Virus record (IMG/VR): IMGVR_UViG_3300027754_000185
Span: 1 to 42,228 of that record
Direction: 5' to 3' (one strand)
Source of the DNA: a virus
Taxonomy: Duplodnaviria > Caudoviricetes
DNA length: 42,228 nucleotides
The position numbers were made by a program, and so were the translations under genes. This document shows, one piece after another, positions 10,601 to 19,391 of the stretch; position 1 is the first letter of the stretch; every line of letters begins with the position of its first letter. A model generated the notes under the pieces. It was not told the DNA's origin. It made no database searches and saw only the letters and a program-made list of their open reading frames with translations.

Positions 10601-13600
10601 ATGCGGTCAATCCTGTTAGGGCTTTAAGACATGAATCTGTCCATGCTTTGAAAGAACTTGGGTTCTTTACAGACGGGCAATGGAAAGCTTTGGTAAATCA
10701 AGCCAATACCAAATGGATTAACAAATATCTTAAACAAAAAAATGTAAGCGGAAATCCATTGGCTGCGGGTGAAGAGTCCCGCTATGAAGCCTACATGAAA
10801 GCTTATGATGGCAATCAAGAAGCAATCATTGAAGAAGCCATTGCAGATGCTTTTGCAGATTTTGATGTAAACGGTGCTCCAGCAGGATTCATGGCTGCAT
10901 TGCTTACCAAGATTCAGAACTTCTTCAAAGCATTGCTGAACGCTTTAAACGGTGCAGGATTCCAAACCGCAGAAGATGTGTTTGGTAAGGTTGAGCGTGG
11001 TGAGTTACGTGGTACTAAAGAAGCTAAAAAAATAAACAAAATTGACGAGAGAAAAAGTTTAAAAGCAGGGTTCCGTGTTCCATTGTCTACAGTTGATTTA
11101 ATGGAAAGTGATGCATTAGTATCCAGAAAAGAATTGAATTTAAAGGTTGAAAAAGAGGAAGATGAACGAGCGGGTCAGTTAAACAACGTTCGTGAAATTG
11201 CTGTTTCTTTAAACAACCAGACAGTTCGTCAATTTGGAAAGATGGATCGCAATAATCTTACTGAAGAAGATGCTGTAAAAATTTCTGAAGCTATGGCAGA
11301 CGAGGTTCTGTACCAGCTTGACACAACTTCTACAACAGGAACTGGGCTAGGCTGGTACTCAAACAATTACCCAAATGCGGTAAAACGTTTATCAACAAAA
11401 TTCCCAGAGTTAAAAACTAACCGACATGCACGGGCTGTGTTTACAGCATTAGTGGCAATTACCTCCAACGGAGAAAGAGTTAAAAAGAACATTTCCAACG
11501 CTATCAATCTTTATTCCAAGCTGCGGATGGGTAAACCATTGGTGGCTATGGGAAATCGTAGACCAACTGCTTTGCAAAATAATCTAAAAACATTAGAGGA
11601 TTTGCTTATAGAACATGGTGAAAACTTTGAACAGCATTTGTTAAAAGAAACTACAGTTTCTGAAATGAATGTTCAGTTGCGTGCAAGAGGTGAAAAACCA
11701 GACGCAAGCTACTTGGCAGAAACCACAGTCCCAACAGCAGCCATTTATTTTGGGCCAAAGCTAGGTGCTTTCTATGCCAATCTTTCTGGGTCTGAAGGCT
11801 ATTTAACAATGGATCTGTGGTGGACACGTACCGTCAATCGTATGCGTGGTTTGTTAATTCCTATGGCAACTGCTGCATCCATTGGAAAATTCAGATCAAT
11901 GATGGAAAGGCCAAATTTAACCCGTGATGAAATTGTTTCGGCTGCTATTCCTTTTAGAGATAAGTATCTGGAGTATGGGTACAACACTGATTTGGAACAT
12001 TTAACAAAATCCAAAGAACCTGCTAAAAAGTTTTTAAAAGCTGCTTGGTTTAAACGTGCTGAAAAAGTTGCTGGTGACAGTTACGATCAGTTGTTGTACG
12101 AACACAACTTAGAAAAGATGGCAAACACCATCTACAAGAACGAATACGAAATGTTGGCAGAAGCTCCATTCACTGCCTCTGACAGAAAATTTATGTACGA
12201 TGTTGGGAGAAAGACACAGTCCCTATTGCGTAATCAGGGAGTTAGTCTTACACTGGCAGACATACAGGCAGCATTGTGGTACTACGAGAAGCGCCTGTAC
12301 CAAAAACTAAGCGGAAGGAAAGCAGATGATATCGGATACGAAGAAGCAATCATCGCCCAAGCCAATGAGGGTACTGGACGAGCAAGACCCAGTGTGGTCT
12401 TCATTGGAGGGGTTGACGGTGGGTCTGTCGCCACAGGAGAGATCGAAAGTTCTGAGGGACTTCGTGAAGAGCCTACCGCTGAAGAATCCAAAGTAGAAGG
12501 AACAAATGAAAACATTTCACCTAGAGAACCTACCGTTCGACCCAGCGATAGAAGCGGGGAAGGACGCAGTGCGGCAAATGGAACAAAACTCTCCCTCCGA
12601 GAAGACATACGATCCTATAGAGGACGCAATGAAATGCAATCCCGGACTCACACGGAAAAAAGCATTGGAGATGGCAGAAGCGTTCGGGTTCTAGGCGCAA
12701 AGCCTATAGCTGAGTTTACCCCTACCGATTCGTTTAAGGGGATTGTCAACGGGTACGGTCATCAGTCTCCTGTGTTTTATGAGATCAGCGGCAAAGATGC
12801 TGCGATCTATGAACAGGCAATACAGGATTCAAAAGATGCCAGCCCATACGGTGCTGCTGTCTATGTCTATCCCGTAGAAGAATACGCAGACATGCGCCTC
12901 TTTATGACAGAGGATGGAAAATCAGGTGTTGCCCTTAAAGGTGATGACATTGTTTCTGTCTTTTCTGGGCCACCTCACAAAGGTTCTGTCAACTCTTCAA
13001 TGCAACTTGCTGTACAAGAAGGCGGCAGAAGGCTTGATGCTTTTGCAACTGTTCTTCCATCGCTTTACAACGCCAACGGCTTTCAAGTTGTAGGCCGCAT
13101 GAAATGGAACGAAGATTACAAGCCAGAAAACTGGGACAAGAAGACATTCTCTGATTTTAATAATGGTGAGCCTGATGTTGTTTACATGGCATACGATCCA
13201 GATGACAACAGGACAGTATTTGAAAATCCGGGTGAATATTTTGATGACCCTGATAAGCTTTCACAAGCGCAAAAGGATGCTGTAAACAAAAATGTTAAGT
13301 ACTCCCTTGGTAAAGGAATCGTACTTGGAACAAAACAAGAAGGATCTATTTCTTTCAACGGAACCCACTACGGAAAAATAAAAACAGACAATCTAAATTC
13401 CTCTAAATACGGCACTGGTTTACAAGGATCAGAATCCCGTAGACTAAGCGGGTACTGGGATGACCGCATCAAGAAGCGGGTCTATTTCTACGTTCCTAAG
13501 TATGACGGGACAATGCCGCTGCCAGAATCTGGTGTAGGTGGTTATGTTTACACACAAAAGTTTGACAACATAGCCAGCCCTGCGGTTATGAGCAAGCTCT

Positions 13601-16600
13601 ATGCAGAAGCCCGTGGTGATGCCAACACTATGGAAACCTTAGTTGTTGAAGCTGGCTACGATGGCTATGCTGCTCCTTCAATGGGAATGATGGTTATTCT
13701 TAACCATGATGTGCCTGTTAACTACGAAGGAACCAAGGCTGAGTTTGATGCTAAGAAACCTAAGTTAAGCCTACGTGCAGCACCTAATACACCTGAATTT
13801 AAACGCTGGTTTGGCAATAGCAAGGTTGTGGATGAGAATGGTAAGCCGATGGTGATGTATCACGGCACAATTACAGACATTACAAGTTTTGAACCCCGCG
13901 CACAAGGTGGAGGTAATGCAATTTGGTTAACTCCTGATCCTGAGTTTGCATCAAGTTTTGCCGTAGATAGAGAGGGTAGGCTTGATGAGGGTGCTGCTGA
14001 AGGCGGCAATGTTATGCCAGTGTATGTAAGAGCTACAAACACATTTGATTATGAAAAACCAGAACATCTAAAAATATTGCAGGATTATCTGCTAGAAGAA
14101 TACCCGAGTGGACAAATAAAAAATACTGCTGGTGCAAACACAAAAATCCGCAATGGAATTGCAATGTTGCGAGACAAAGATGATGGCATGGCATTTTTTC
14201 TGCAATCAGAATCAGTATTTGATGCAGTGCAAGATTTAGGTTTTGACAGCATGTCTGAGCGGTTTGAGGATGTTAACAACTTAATTGTTTTTAAACCCAC
14301 TCAAATAAAATCAGCCATAGGAAACACAGGTGCTTACGATGCTACAAACCCAGACATCCGCTATAGCTTGAAGAACACAGCTTTCCACAGTGGCGATCTT
14401 GGCTACGGCAAGGACACTGTGCTTGGCAGAATGAGCGGAAGAAGCACAGGCCACTTTGGAACGGGAACGTATTTTACTAGCACAGAGCCAGAAGAATCAC
14501 GTTTTAATCCTAGGGCAGACAGGCCCAAGCATATGGTCAGCTTAGATGGTTACAAGTTGGCAAGACCTCGCACAAAAGATAACGCAAAAATATTGCACAA
14601 AGGGCTGGAGCAAGTTAATGATTTATCATCGTATTTAAATGGTGTTGAGAAGATTGATGGCGAAACTCGAAAGCGAGTAGATAAGCTATCTGATGATGCT
14701 GCATTTAATGTTTTTATATCCATCCTACCGGGTCAAGAAATCAGTGAAATAAAACAGATGACATTAAAGGCGGCTATTGCCGCCACCAAAGAATACGAAT
14801 CTGTTGCACATAAAACAACATATGCGGAAACTGCGGCGACAAGGTTAATGCGTGCATTGGGTTATGACGGCGTTGATGTGCGCCATCTGCCTGATTACGA
14901 CAATACACTCTATGGCACAGTTGTCTATGGAAAAACGTTTAAAGAACGTGCGCCACAAGAGAAATACAGCCTTACTCAAAAGATCAATTCCTTACCAAAC
15001 AGTGCCAAGATACTTGACAGCGTCAATAAGATCGTTTCTGTACAGGAGCAAACAGGCCATGTAGAAAGAATGGTTGCTGCGTTTTCACCAAAGAGCAGAT
15101 CAAATTTCAGAGCAGCTTTCATTGACCGGTACAACCAGATTGGTGTAAACAGCAAGCAGGTTGCTAAACTCAAGGGTGAGAATTGGCTCTTGGCAGATGT
15201 AAGCGCAGAAGCTGCTGCCAACATGTCTGACCTAGCAACTGGTGTCTCTGCATCTGCATTAGGTGTTGGTCAAGGTAAAGGCGGTATACCTGTGTATGCC
15301 AATGGGTTTACCAAAGTTTTCAATGATGATGGCAAGATCAAGGGTGCTGTTGAGATCTTCTCAACGTTAGCCAAGTACAACAACCCAGAAATTTACAGGC
15401 TGTATCAATGGTGGGCAGGTTCTCTTCGCGGAAAACGATTGCTTGACAATGGAAGAGAACAGAACTACACAAAAGAGGATATCAAGCTTGCAGAAGAACT
15501 GTTGGTTTCTTTCCCTGAATTTGCTCAAGTGCAGAAAGAATGGATTGTTTACAACGATGGCTTGGTCAAATATGCTGTAGACACAGGTGTTCTGACAAAA
15601 GAAGCTGGTGAAAAGTTTAGAGAGTACGGGGACTACATTCCGTTTTACCGCCAGATAGATGGTGAACAGACTGTTGGGCCAAACATCTTTAGCGGTATCT
15701 CTGGTGTCAAAGGCCCGAAAGCATTGAAGGGTAGTGAAGCCCCTCTGGCTGATTTCCTAGAAACCATTGTCAGAAACACTCAGTCCATCATTGAGTCTGG
15801 CATGAAGAACGTTGCTGCCGAAAGAGCCATCAGAGATGCAATAATTCTTGGACAGGCAGAAAAGCTAGACTTCCAACCCAAAGAGTTTAAATCTGATGTT
15901 GTGAGCTATCAGGAAAAAGGCAAGACAGTCTATTACAAGCTGGCAGATCCAGCTTTATATGAGGCAATGAAAGGTTTAAACATACCTGATATGCCTTGGC
16001 TCGGCATTCTTTCCGCACCAGCAAATCTTCTTAGGACTCTGGTTACCAAAGATCCGGGGTTCATGCTTGTCAACTTGATGAGAGACTCAGTCTCTGCATG
16101 GGTAACATCAGGCTCTAGCATGACCCCCATCGTGGATACCATGAATCAATTTGTTAAAACGCTTGCAGGGAAATCCCCAGAAGCTGAAGCATTGATGATG
16201 TCTGGTGTCCTTGGTGGTTATGATTTTGCAAGCAATGTTGAGTCTGGTGGTAAGGATCTAGCTAAATATTTGCGTAAAAAGACAAATACAAAAACCACAA
16301 CAGAATTTTTAGCAACACCGTTTACAAGCATTTGGGAAGCCTTGGAAAAAGGAACAACAGCTTCTGATGCAGCAACCCGTGCAGCTATTTATCGCAGGGT
16401 TATGGATGAAACTGGCAATGAAGCAGAAGCAATCTACAGAGCCTTGGAGGTAATGAACTTCAACCGCAAAGGAAACTCTGCTGTTGTTAGGATATTGACT
16501 GCCGTTGTTCCATTTCTAAACGCCCGAATTCAAGGTCTTGATGTTCTGTACAGAGCAAGCTTTGGTGAAATGGCTAGTAAAGATGCCAAAGCAATTCAAA

Positions 16601-17556
16601 AAGCATTTATCATTCGTGGTTTGTTCTTGATGGGCATGACTGCTTTATATTACGCAGCAACTTCTGATGATGATGAGTACAAAAAACAAGAGCAAGAAGT
16701 TCGGGATAATAATTGGCTGATCCCTTCTCTTGGTATAAAGATACCCATTCCTTTTGAGATTGGTGTTTTGTTTAAAGTGATTCCTGAGAGGATCATGGCC
16801 TATCATTATGGAACTGACACTGGCAAAGATCTTCTTGAATCAGCAGCCAGAAACATTGTTAGCACATTTGCATTTAACCCTGTCCCACAAGCAATAATTC
16901 CTTTTGTAGAAACAGCAACAAACCATTCTTTCTTTACAGGCAGAGAAATTGTTCCTCGTGAATTGAAAGATGTAAGTCCAGAGTTTCAAACCAATGCAGG
17001 AACATCTGGGTTGGCTAAAAGAATTAGCAGTGGTTTGGCTGATATTCTGCCAAGTGGATTAAAAGAAAAGGCTCTGTCCCCAATTCAAATAGACCATATT
17101 GTGAATGGCTACACCGGGACACTGGGCATGTATGCCTCTAGTATGCTCAACTCAGTCTTTGACAGATCCACAGATCCAACCAGAGCAGATCTAAGACTTG
17201 AGCAAATGCCTGTTCTGCGTAGGATATTGATTGACAAAGAAGCTAGAGGCAATGCCACTGCCTACTATGATTTAAAGCACAGCACAGACACAATGGTCAG
17301 AACCATTAATCTGTTGGAAAAAACCCAGAACTTTGAAGAATTAGGTAAATACCAACAAGAAAATTTAAACCTTCTTGCAACACAAGATTACATGAAGGAT
17401 TTGGCAAAAATGATGAAAGAACTGAACGAATATTCTGTGATGATTAAGTCATCACAAATGGATGGAGCCTCAAAGAGAGATGCTTTGTTAGCTATCAGCC
17501 AAGCACAGAATAACGTTACAGCAAATATTAAAACAATTAGGAAGATGCTTAATTAA
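7660..17556 (+). CDS. Giant polyvalent virion protein (~3300 aa): HExxH metallopeptidase, HhH-GPD glycosylase-like, GNAT-like, three ADP-ribosyltransferase-like modules, LPD38-like C-terminus
   Basis: ATG 7660 is preferred over GTG 7627. HESVH at 10630-10644 plus EEAIAD; GWY...GPKLGAFYANL...TMDLW...QAALW; DIVSVF...LDAF...LY..NGF; FKRWFGNSKVVDENGKPMVMYHGT...QIKSAIGN (ART-PolyVal-like); IKIPIPFEIG...SFFTGREIVP...SPIQIDH (LPD38-like). Confidence 0.85.
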   Translation: MPNFRVTSPEGKAYIVTAPEGATEEEILSYAQNNLNTETKVAAPTTAAIPERTYGEVAKDVGAAVATGLGGLGQFPGQLYGLATGDFSDTGLYGKAKELEKYGESLKSPGLVAREKASQARIAEAEKEGQVSSFFTAIKEIITDPVQLPNFLISQSLQSIPSIAAALVPLVGPAASAEIKALQIAAKTATSAAARSIAEKELKDYVADVAIKTGTRQAIGTGAVQQGADIGTGAYEDIYKKLISQNVPEDQAAERALGLARASGASGAVISLLAQKLPGARVLEERLAGIRFGSPGGVGGNIAGRLASGVGVGLKEGLTEIPEEVGGKFSQNLAMQQVDPTQALAEGLGATGGQAFIGGFGLGTVIGSLTNGDSARVAEEKRSIEQAKLQTQKEQALEQALKQQNLTKTQLGITEGQQLGLPAPDELFKQTVNPLFNPFGNYSAADLGINPEVDAYVKQHRQLTGKPNIESYSIEDIQDAMPGTNTVAEKAAIDSFLTKKTGYTREVTYTPQDIQNVAAQKNIETKTKGFDDFLTRTTGISNVAEMSQPQLHAAFTALAQLPKSPDLQILPQGTNATRFTEDQYKKSIESLKAVGNNLSREDVLNKIYDQIKVPYAEPVDPIAVNKAPNAEAEQRNKTYFESLQLKNAESILSKALRENDLETVKVPKFDVIAPDGSVTVSPLTRESAERIAAQTEGFTVKESSVEKIAVVDQSVLPKGFDIQQQSFKQDGVPGGYQIKAGNVLISPTAFATEEEATNKVKNYEAVRANQIEAIDKQLTKLEAEKTKGQNELDAMEVSGSSSTPAYRVASAAFDNQVRGIDTKVVGLNKQKELLAVPLQIIPTGSAIRSGFTVFEQGIPRATLPTKQAAEEHIIANASDETLKNISTSPTPNRLRNKANEEINRRAGKVEPGIRVAKSPELEKQADVENQAQMTKLEEALKPILAKFGLNTTKLKVAKEIDGGKAEASYVGIQDLINIAFDAVNPVRALRHESVHALKELGFFTDGQWKALVNQANTKWINKYLKQKNVSGNPLAAGEESRYEAYMKAYDGNQEAIIEEAIADAFADFDVNGAPAGFMAALLTKIQNFFKALLNALNGAGFQTAEDVFGKVERGELRGTKEAKKINKIDERKSLKAGFRVPLSTVDLMESDALVSRKELNLKVEKEEDERAGQLNNVREIAVSLNNQTVRQFGKMDRNNLTEEDAVKISEAMADEVLYQLDTTSTTGTGLGWYSNNYPNAVKRLSTKFPELKTNRHARAVFTALVAITSNGERVKKNISNAINLYSKLRMGKPLVAMGNRRPTALQNNLKTLEDLLIEHGENFEQHLLKETTVSEMNVQLRARGEKPDASYLAETTVPTAAIYFGPKLGAFYANLSGSEGYLTMDLWWTRTVNRMRGLLIPMATAASIGKFRSMMERPNLTRDEIVSAAIPFRDKYLEYGYNTDLEHLTKSKEPAKKFLKAAWFKRAEKVAGDSYDQLLYEHNLEKMANTIYKNEYEMLAEAPFTASDRKFMYDVGRKTQSLLRNQGVSLTLADIQAALWYYEKRLYQKLSGRKADDIGYEEAIIAQANEGTGRARPSVVFIGGVDGGSVATGEIESSEGLREEPTAEESKVEGTNENISPREPTVRPSDRSGEGRSAANGTKLSLREDIRSYRGRNEMQSRTHTEKSIGDGRSVRVLGAKPIAEFTPTDSFKGIVNGYGHQSPVFYEISGKDAAIYEQAIQDSKDASPYGAAVYVYPVEEYADMRLFMTEDGKSGVALKGDDIVSVFSGPPHKGSVNSSMQLAVQEGGRRLDAFATVLPSLYNANGFQVVGRMKWNEDYKPENWDKKTFSDFNNGEPDVVYMAYDPDDNRTVFENPGEYFDDPDKLSQAQKDAVNKNVKYSLGKGIVLGTKQEGSISFNGTHYGKIKTDNLNSSKYGTGLQGSESRRLSGYWDDRIKKRVYFYVPKYDGTMPLPESGVGGYVYTQKFDNIASPAVMSKLYAEARGDANTMETLVVEAGYDGYAAPSMGMMVILNHDVPVNYEGTKAEFDAKKPKLSLRAAPNTPEFKRWFGNSKVVDENGKPMVMYHGTITDITSFEPRAQGGGNAIWLTPDPEFASSFAVDREGRLDEGAAEGGNVMPVYVRATNTFDYEKPEHLKILQDYLLEEYPSGQIKNTAGANTKIRNGIAMLRDKDDGMAFFLQSESVFDAVQDLGFDSMSERFEDVNNLIVFKPTQIKSAIGNTGAYDATNPDIRYSLKNTAFHSGDLGYGKDTVLGRMSGRSTGHFGTGTYFTSTEPEESRFNPRADRPKHMVSLDGYKLARPRTKDNAKILHKGLEQVNDLSSYLNGVEKIDGETRKRVDKLSDDAAFNVFISILPGQEISEIKQMTLKAAIAATKEYESVAHKTTYAETAATRLMRALGYDGVDVRHLPDYDNTLYGTVVYGKTFKERAPQEKYSLTQKINSLPNSAKILDSVNKIVSVQEQTGHVERMVAAFSPKSRSNFRAAFIDRYNQIGVNSKQVAKLKGENWLLADVSAEAAANMSDLATGVSASALGVGQGKGGIPVYANGFTKVFNDDGKIKGAVEIFSTLAKYNNPEIYRLYQWWAGSLRGKRLLDNGREQNYTKEDIKLAEELLVSFPEFAQVQKEWIVYNDGLVKYAVDTGVLTKEAGEKFREYGDYIPFYRQIDGEQTVGPNIFSGISGVKGPKALKGSEAPLADFLETIVRNTQSIIESGMKNVAAERAIRDAIILGQAEKLDFQPKEFKSDVVSYQEKGKTVYYKLADPALYEAMKGLNIPDMPWLGILSAPANLLRTLVTKDPGFMLVNLMRDSVSAWVTSGSSMTPIVDTMNQFVKTLAGKSPEAEALMMSGVLGGYDFASNVESGGKDLAKYLRKKTNTKTTTEFLATPFTSIWEALEKGTTASDAATRAAIYRRVMDETGNEAEAIYRALEVMNFNRKGNSAVVRILTAVVPFLNARIQGLDVLYRASFGEMASKDAKAIQKAFIIRGLFLMGMTALYYAATSDDDEYKKQEQEVRDNNWLIPSLGIKIPIPFEIGVLFKVIPERIMAYHYGTDTGKDLLESAARNIVSTFAFNPVPQAIIPFVETATNHSFFTGREIVPRELKDVSPEFQTNAGTSGLAKRISSGLADILPSGLKEKALSPIQIDHIVNGYTGTLGMYASSMLNSVFDRSTDPTRADLRLEQMPVLRRILIDKEARGNATAYYDLKHSTDTMVRTINLLEKTQNFEELGKYQQENLNLLATQDYMKDLAKMMKELNEYSVMIKSSQMDGASKRDALLAISQAQNNVTANIKTIRKMLN
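12326..12496 (+). CDS. Putative nested 56-aa gene in the +1 frame of the giant protein
   Basis: GGAAGG SD, then ATG 12326 and TAG 12494-12496. MISDTKKQSSPKPMRVLDEQDPVWSSLEGLTVGLSPQERSKVLRDFVKSLPLKNPK. Not in the ORF track (<60 aa). Confidence 0.5.
   Translation: MISDTKKQSSPKPMRVLDEQDPVWSSLEGLTVGLSPQERSKVLRDFVKSLPLKNPK
12506..12694 (+). CDS. Putative nested 62-aa gene in the +1 frame of the giant protein
   Basis: AAGGA SD just upstream, 9 nt after the previous nested stop. Protein-like helical sequence ending DPIEDAMKCNPGLTRKKALEMAEAFGF. Confidence 0.6.
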   Translation: MKTFHLENLPFDPAIEAGKDAVRQMEQNSPSEKTYDPIEDAMKCNPGLTRKKALEMAEAFGF

Positions 17557-17866
17557 ACATTTCCTTTGATGGTGCATCAGATATTTCTGAATCAGTCATA
17601 ATTACACAAGCCTCTTGAATTAAATTGATAGCCTCAAAGTTTTGAATTCCAAGAGCCATAATCTTTATGGCCTCTATTTCTTTAATAATCAAAAGAATTT
17701 GTGATGTAGGTTGTTTTCCATATGCTTTGGAAATCTCTAAAACTGTAAAAGCAAAATGTATTTTTTCTTCAATTGAAGCATCAAGCATTTTTTCTTCCGC
17801 AGCATCAAACAAAGCTTTAAGATGCTTGTTAGGATTAGAAGAATTATTTAATTCATTTAGTATCAT
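17549..17866 (-). CDS. Hypothetical helical protein
   Basis: 105 aa, SD AAGGA. Stop overlaps the giant gene stop within TTAATTAA. Confidence 0.6.
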   Translation of the reverse strand: MILNELNNSSNPNKHLKALFDAAEEKMLDASIEEKIHFAFTVLEISKAYGKQPTSQILLIIKEIEAIKIMALGIQNFEAINLIQEACVIMTDSEISDAPSKEMFN

Positions 17867-18119
17867 GGTTTTCCTTAGTAATCAAGGGCCAAACGTTCCT
17901 ATCTCTTATTGAATGCAGTACTTGCACAAATATTTGGTAGTCAGATGCAGTGTGAAAGCGCACGGGGTCTTTGTCATACGTGTCGTGATTCAACGCAGTG
18001 CCATCGTGATCAATTCTGGCTAGGTTTTTCTCCCAGACTTTGATCGCATGGTCTAAGCGTTCTTCAGTGGTTTGTTCTGACCACCGCTTCTTCACGGGGG
18101 ATTTGTCTTCATCGGTCAT
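17853..18119 (-). CDS. Hypothetical protein
   Basis: 88 aa ORF in the operon, overlaps the next gene. Confidence 0.6.
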   Translation of the reverse strand: MTDEDKSPVKKRWSEQTTEERLDHAIKVWEKNLARIDHDGTALNHDTYDKDPVRFHTASDYQIFVQVLHSIRDRNVWPLITKENHDTK

Positions 18120-18173
18120 GGTAGTATCTTTGATTGTTGTTTAAGATGTCACATTAATGCATCTGGTAATTGC

Positions 18174-18380
18174 TTAAGCTTTTCCTTTTGTGCTGCCCGG
18201 TACATCTGTTCCAGCAGCTTTGGGTCTACCCGCTTGAACGGGTCGTAGAAGTTTACCGGCTTTTTCTTCCGTTTGGAAGATGTGGTCGTTGTAGCAAATT
18301 CTTTTTCTGATGACATAGTTGTCAATCCTTCTTCGTGTATCTTTTACTCTGGTGGGTGAATTACAAATTGGGCACATCAT
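18174..18380 (-). CDS. Zinc-ribbon protein resembling the NrdR N-terminal domain
   Basis: MMCPICNSPTRVKDTR...IRKRICYNDHIFQTEE matches the NrdR-type CPxC...V.DSR...RRR.C...F.T.E pattern. No ATP-cone. Start 18380 inferred. Confidence 0.65.
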   Translation of the reverse strand: MMCPICNSPTRVKDTRRRIDNYVIRKRICYNDHIFQTEEKAGKLLRPVQAGRPKAAGTDVPGSTKGKA

Positions 18381-18690
18381 TGTGTTTTTCAAACCATAGT
18401 TTTTCTCTAACTCCTTCAACACCTCCATCTTCAATAAGTTTAAACTTGACTGTTGGAAAACTACAGCGGTTTTCTTTCACCATCTTGTTCTTGTATTTAA
18501 ACGTGCAGTCTGCACAGTAACCGCTAGGGCCGGGATTTAAAACCCTAGCTGCTTTCTGCCAATCCCTCCATTCAAAAACAGAATTAAAACATTTAGGAAC
18601 TTTATAGCTATCATCTTTATAGTGAACTATAGTGACATCGTTATTTAATTTGGCATAAGATGCTTTGCGTTTTGAATTGAATCCTGTCAT
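18361..18690 (-). CDS. Hypothetical Cys-containing protein
   Basis: 109 aa, PKCF...YCADC...RC. Starts at an array junction. Confidence 0.7.
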   Translation of the reverse strand: MTGFNSKRKASYAKLNNDVTIVHYKDDSYKVPKCFNSVFEWRDWQKAARVLNPGPSGYCADCTFKYKNKMVKENRCSFPTVKFKLIEDGGVEGVREKLWFEKHNDVPNL

Positions 18691-18854
18691 GTGTTCTTCT
18701 CCTTGAGTTTAGCTTCAACTAGGTTGTAGAAAGCAAGCAGCCCTGCTCCATCGTGCTGCTTCAATATTTCTTGGTATTCCTCATCAGTCAGCCCTACCCA
18801 CGGCACTGCATAATCTTGTACATCAGTCTGTGCGTTGCATATAGGGCATCTCAT
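18687..18854 (-). CDS. Array mini-gene, 55 aa
   Basis: Hand-translated MRCPICNAQTDVQDYAVPWVGLTDEEYQEILKQHDGAGLLAFYNLVEAKLKEKNT. ATGA overlaps at both ends. Confidence 0.75.
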   Translation of the reverse strand: MRCPICNAQTDVQDYAVPWVGLTDEEYQEILKQHDGAGLLAFYNLVEAKLKEKNT

Positions 18855-18997
18855 GTGTTACTCCAAGTTCTCATTGCGTATGCACAGTCTCGTTTCAAGT
18901 AGGGCGGTAGCTGCTTGTGTTTAGCCAGCATGTCGGCCCATTGACTGATGTACTTCTCGTAGCGGTCTAGCCATAGGGCTTCTTCTTTTGCGGTCAT
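18851..18997 (-). CDS. Array mini-gene, 48 aa
   Basis: Hand-translated MTAKEEALWLDRYEKYISQWADMLAKHKQLPPYLKRDCAYAMRTWSNT. ATGA overlaps. Confidence 0.7.
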   Translation of the reverse strand: MTAKEEALWLDRYEKYISQWADMLAKHKQLPPYLKRDCAYAMRTWSNT

Positions 18998-19179
18998 GTG
19001 TTCTTCTCCTTTGGTGGTGTGGCATTAAGCACGGCCTCAAGATGTTTTGGGTTTAGCGTCTCCCCAAACTCTTCCTTGTACTTGTGACTGATCTGCCCGA
19101 ACCAGATCAATCGGTTGAGTGCTTCCTCCACGGACATGCCAAGGCGTTCATGTATGTGCTGTTTGTTTGGTTGGGTCAT
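18994..19179 (-). CDS. Array mini-gene, 61 aa
   Basis: MTQPNKQ...PPKEKNT. Start moved to the junction ATG with AAGGAG SD. Confidence 0.7.
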   Translation of the reverse strand: MTQPNKQHIHERLGMSVEEALNRLIWFGQISHKYKEEFGETLNPKHLEAVLNATPPKEKNT

Positions 19180-19391
19180 GTGTTGCGCTCCTTGAGGACG
19201 GACTCCGCACTTATTACTGCTTGGAGTTTTGTTAAGCAAGACTGATCGATTGCCGAAAAGTCTTTCTTCGTCAGCCCTGCCCACGGGCGCTTGGGCGGCA
19301 GGGACGACAACGCCAGCACATCATGCACTTGTCTGAGCACGGCGCACAGACTGTTGTTGGTCTCAACCCACTTGTGTTCTTGCGGTGTCAT
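19176..19391 (-). CDS. Array mini-gene, 71 aa
   Basis: MTPQEHK...RPWAGLT...LKERNT. Start at the junction ATG. Confidence 0.7.
   Translation of the reverse strand: MTPQEHKWVETNNSLCAVLRQVHDVLALSSLPPKRPWAGLTKKDFSAIDQSCLTKLQAVISAESVLKERNT

Noticed and set aside
14852-15064. Another nested +strand ORF in the giant gene (also 10160-10399)
   Set aside because: No clear SD with ATG, the composition looks like a shadow frame, and the main frame is domain-like or ordinary there.
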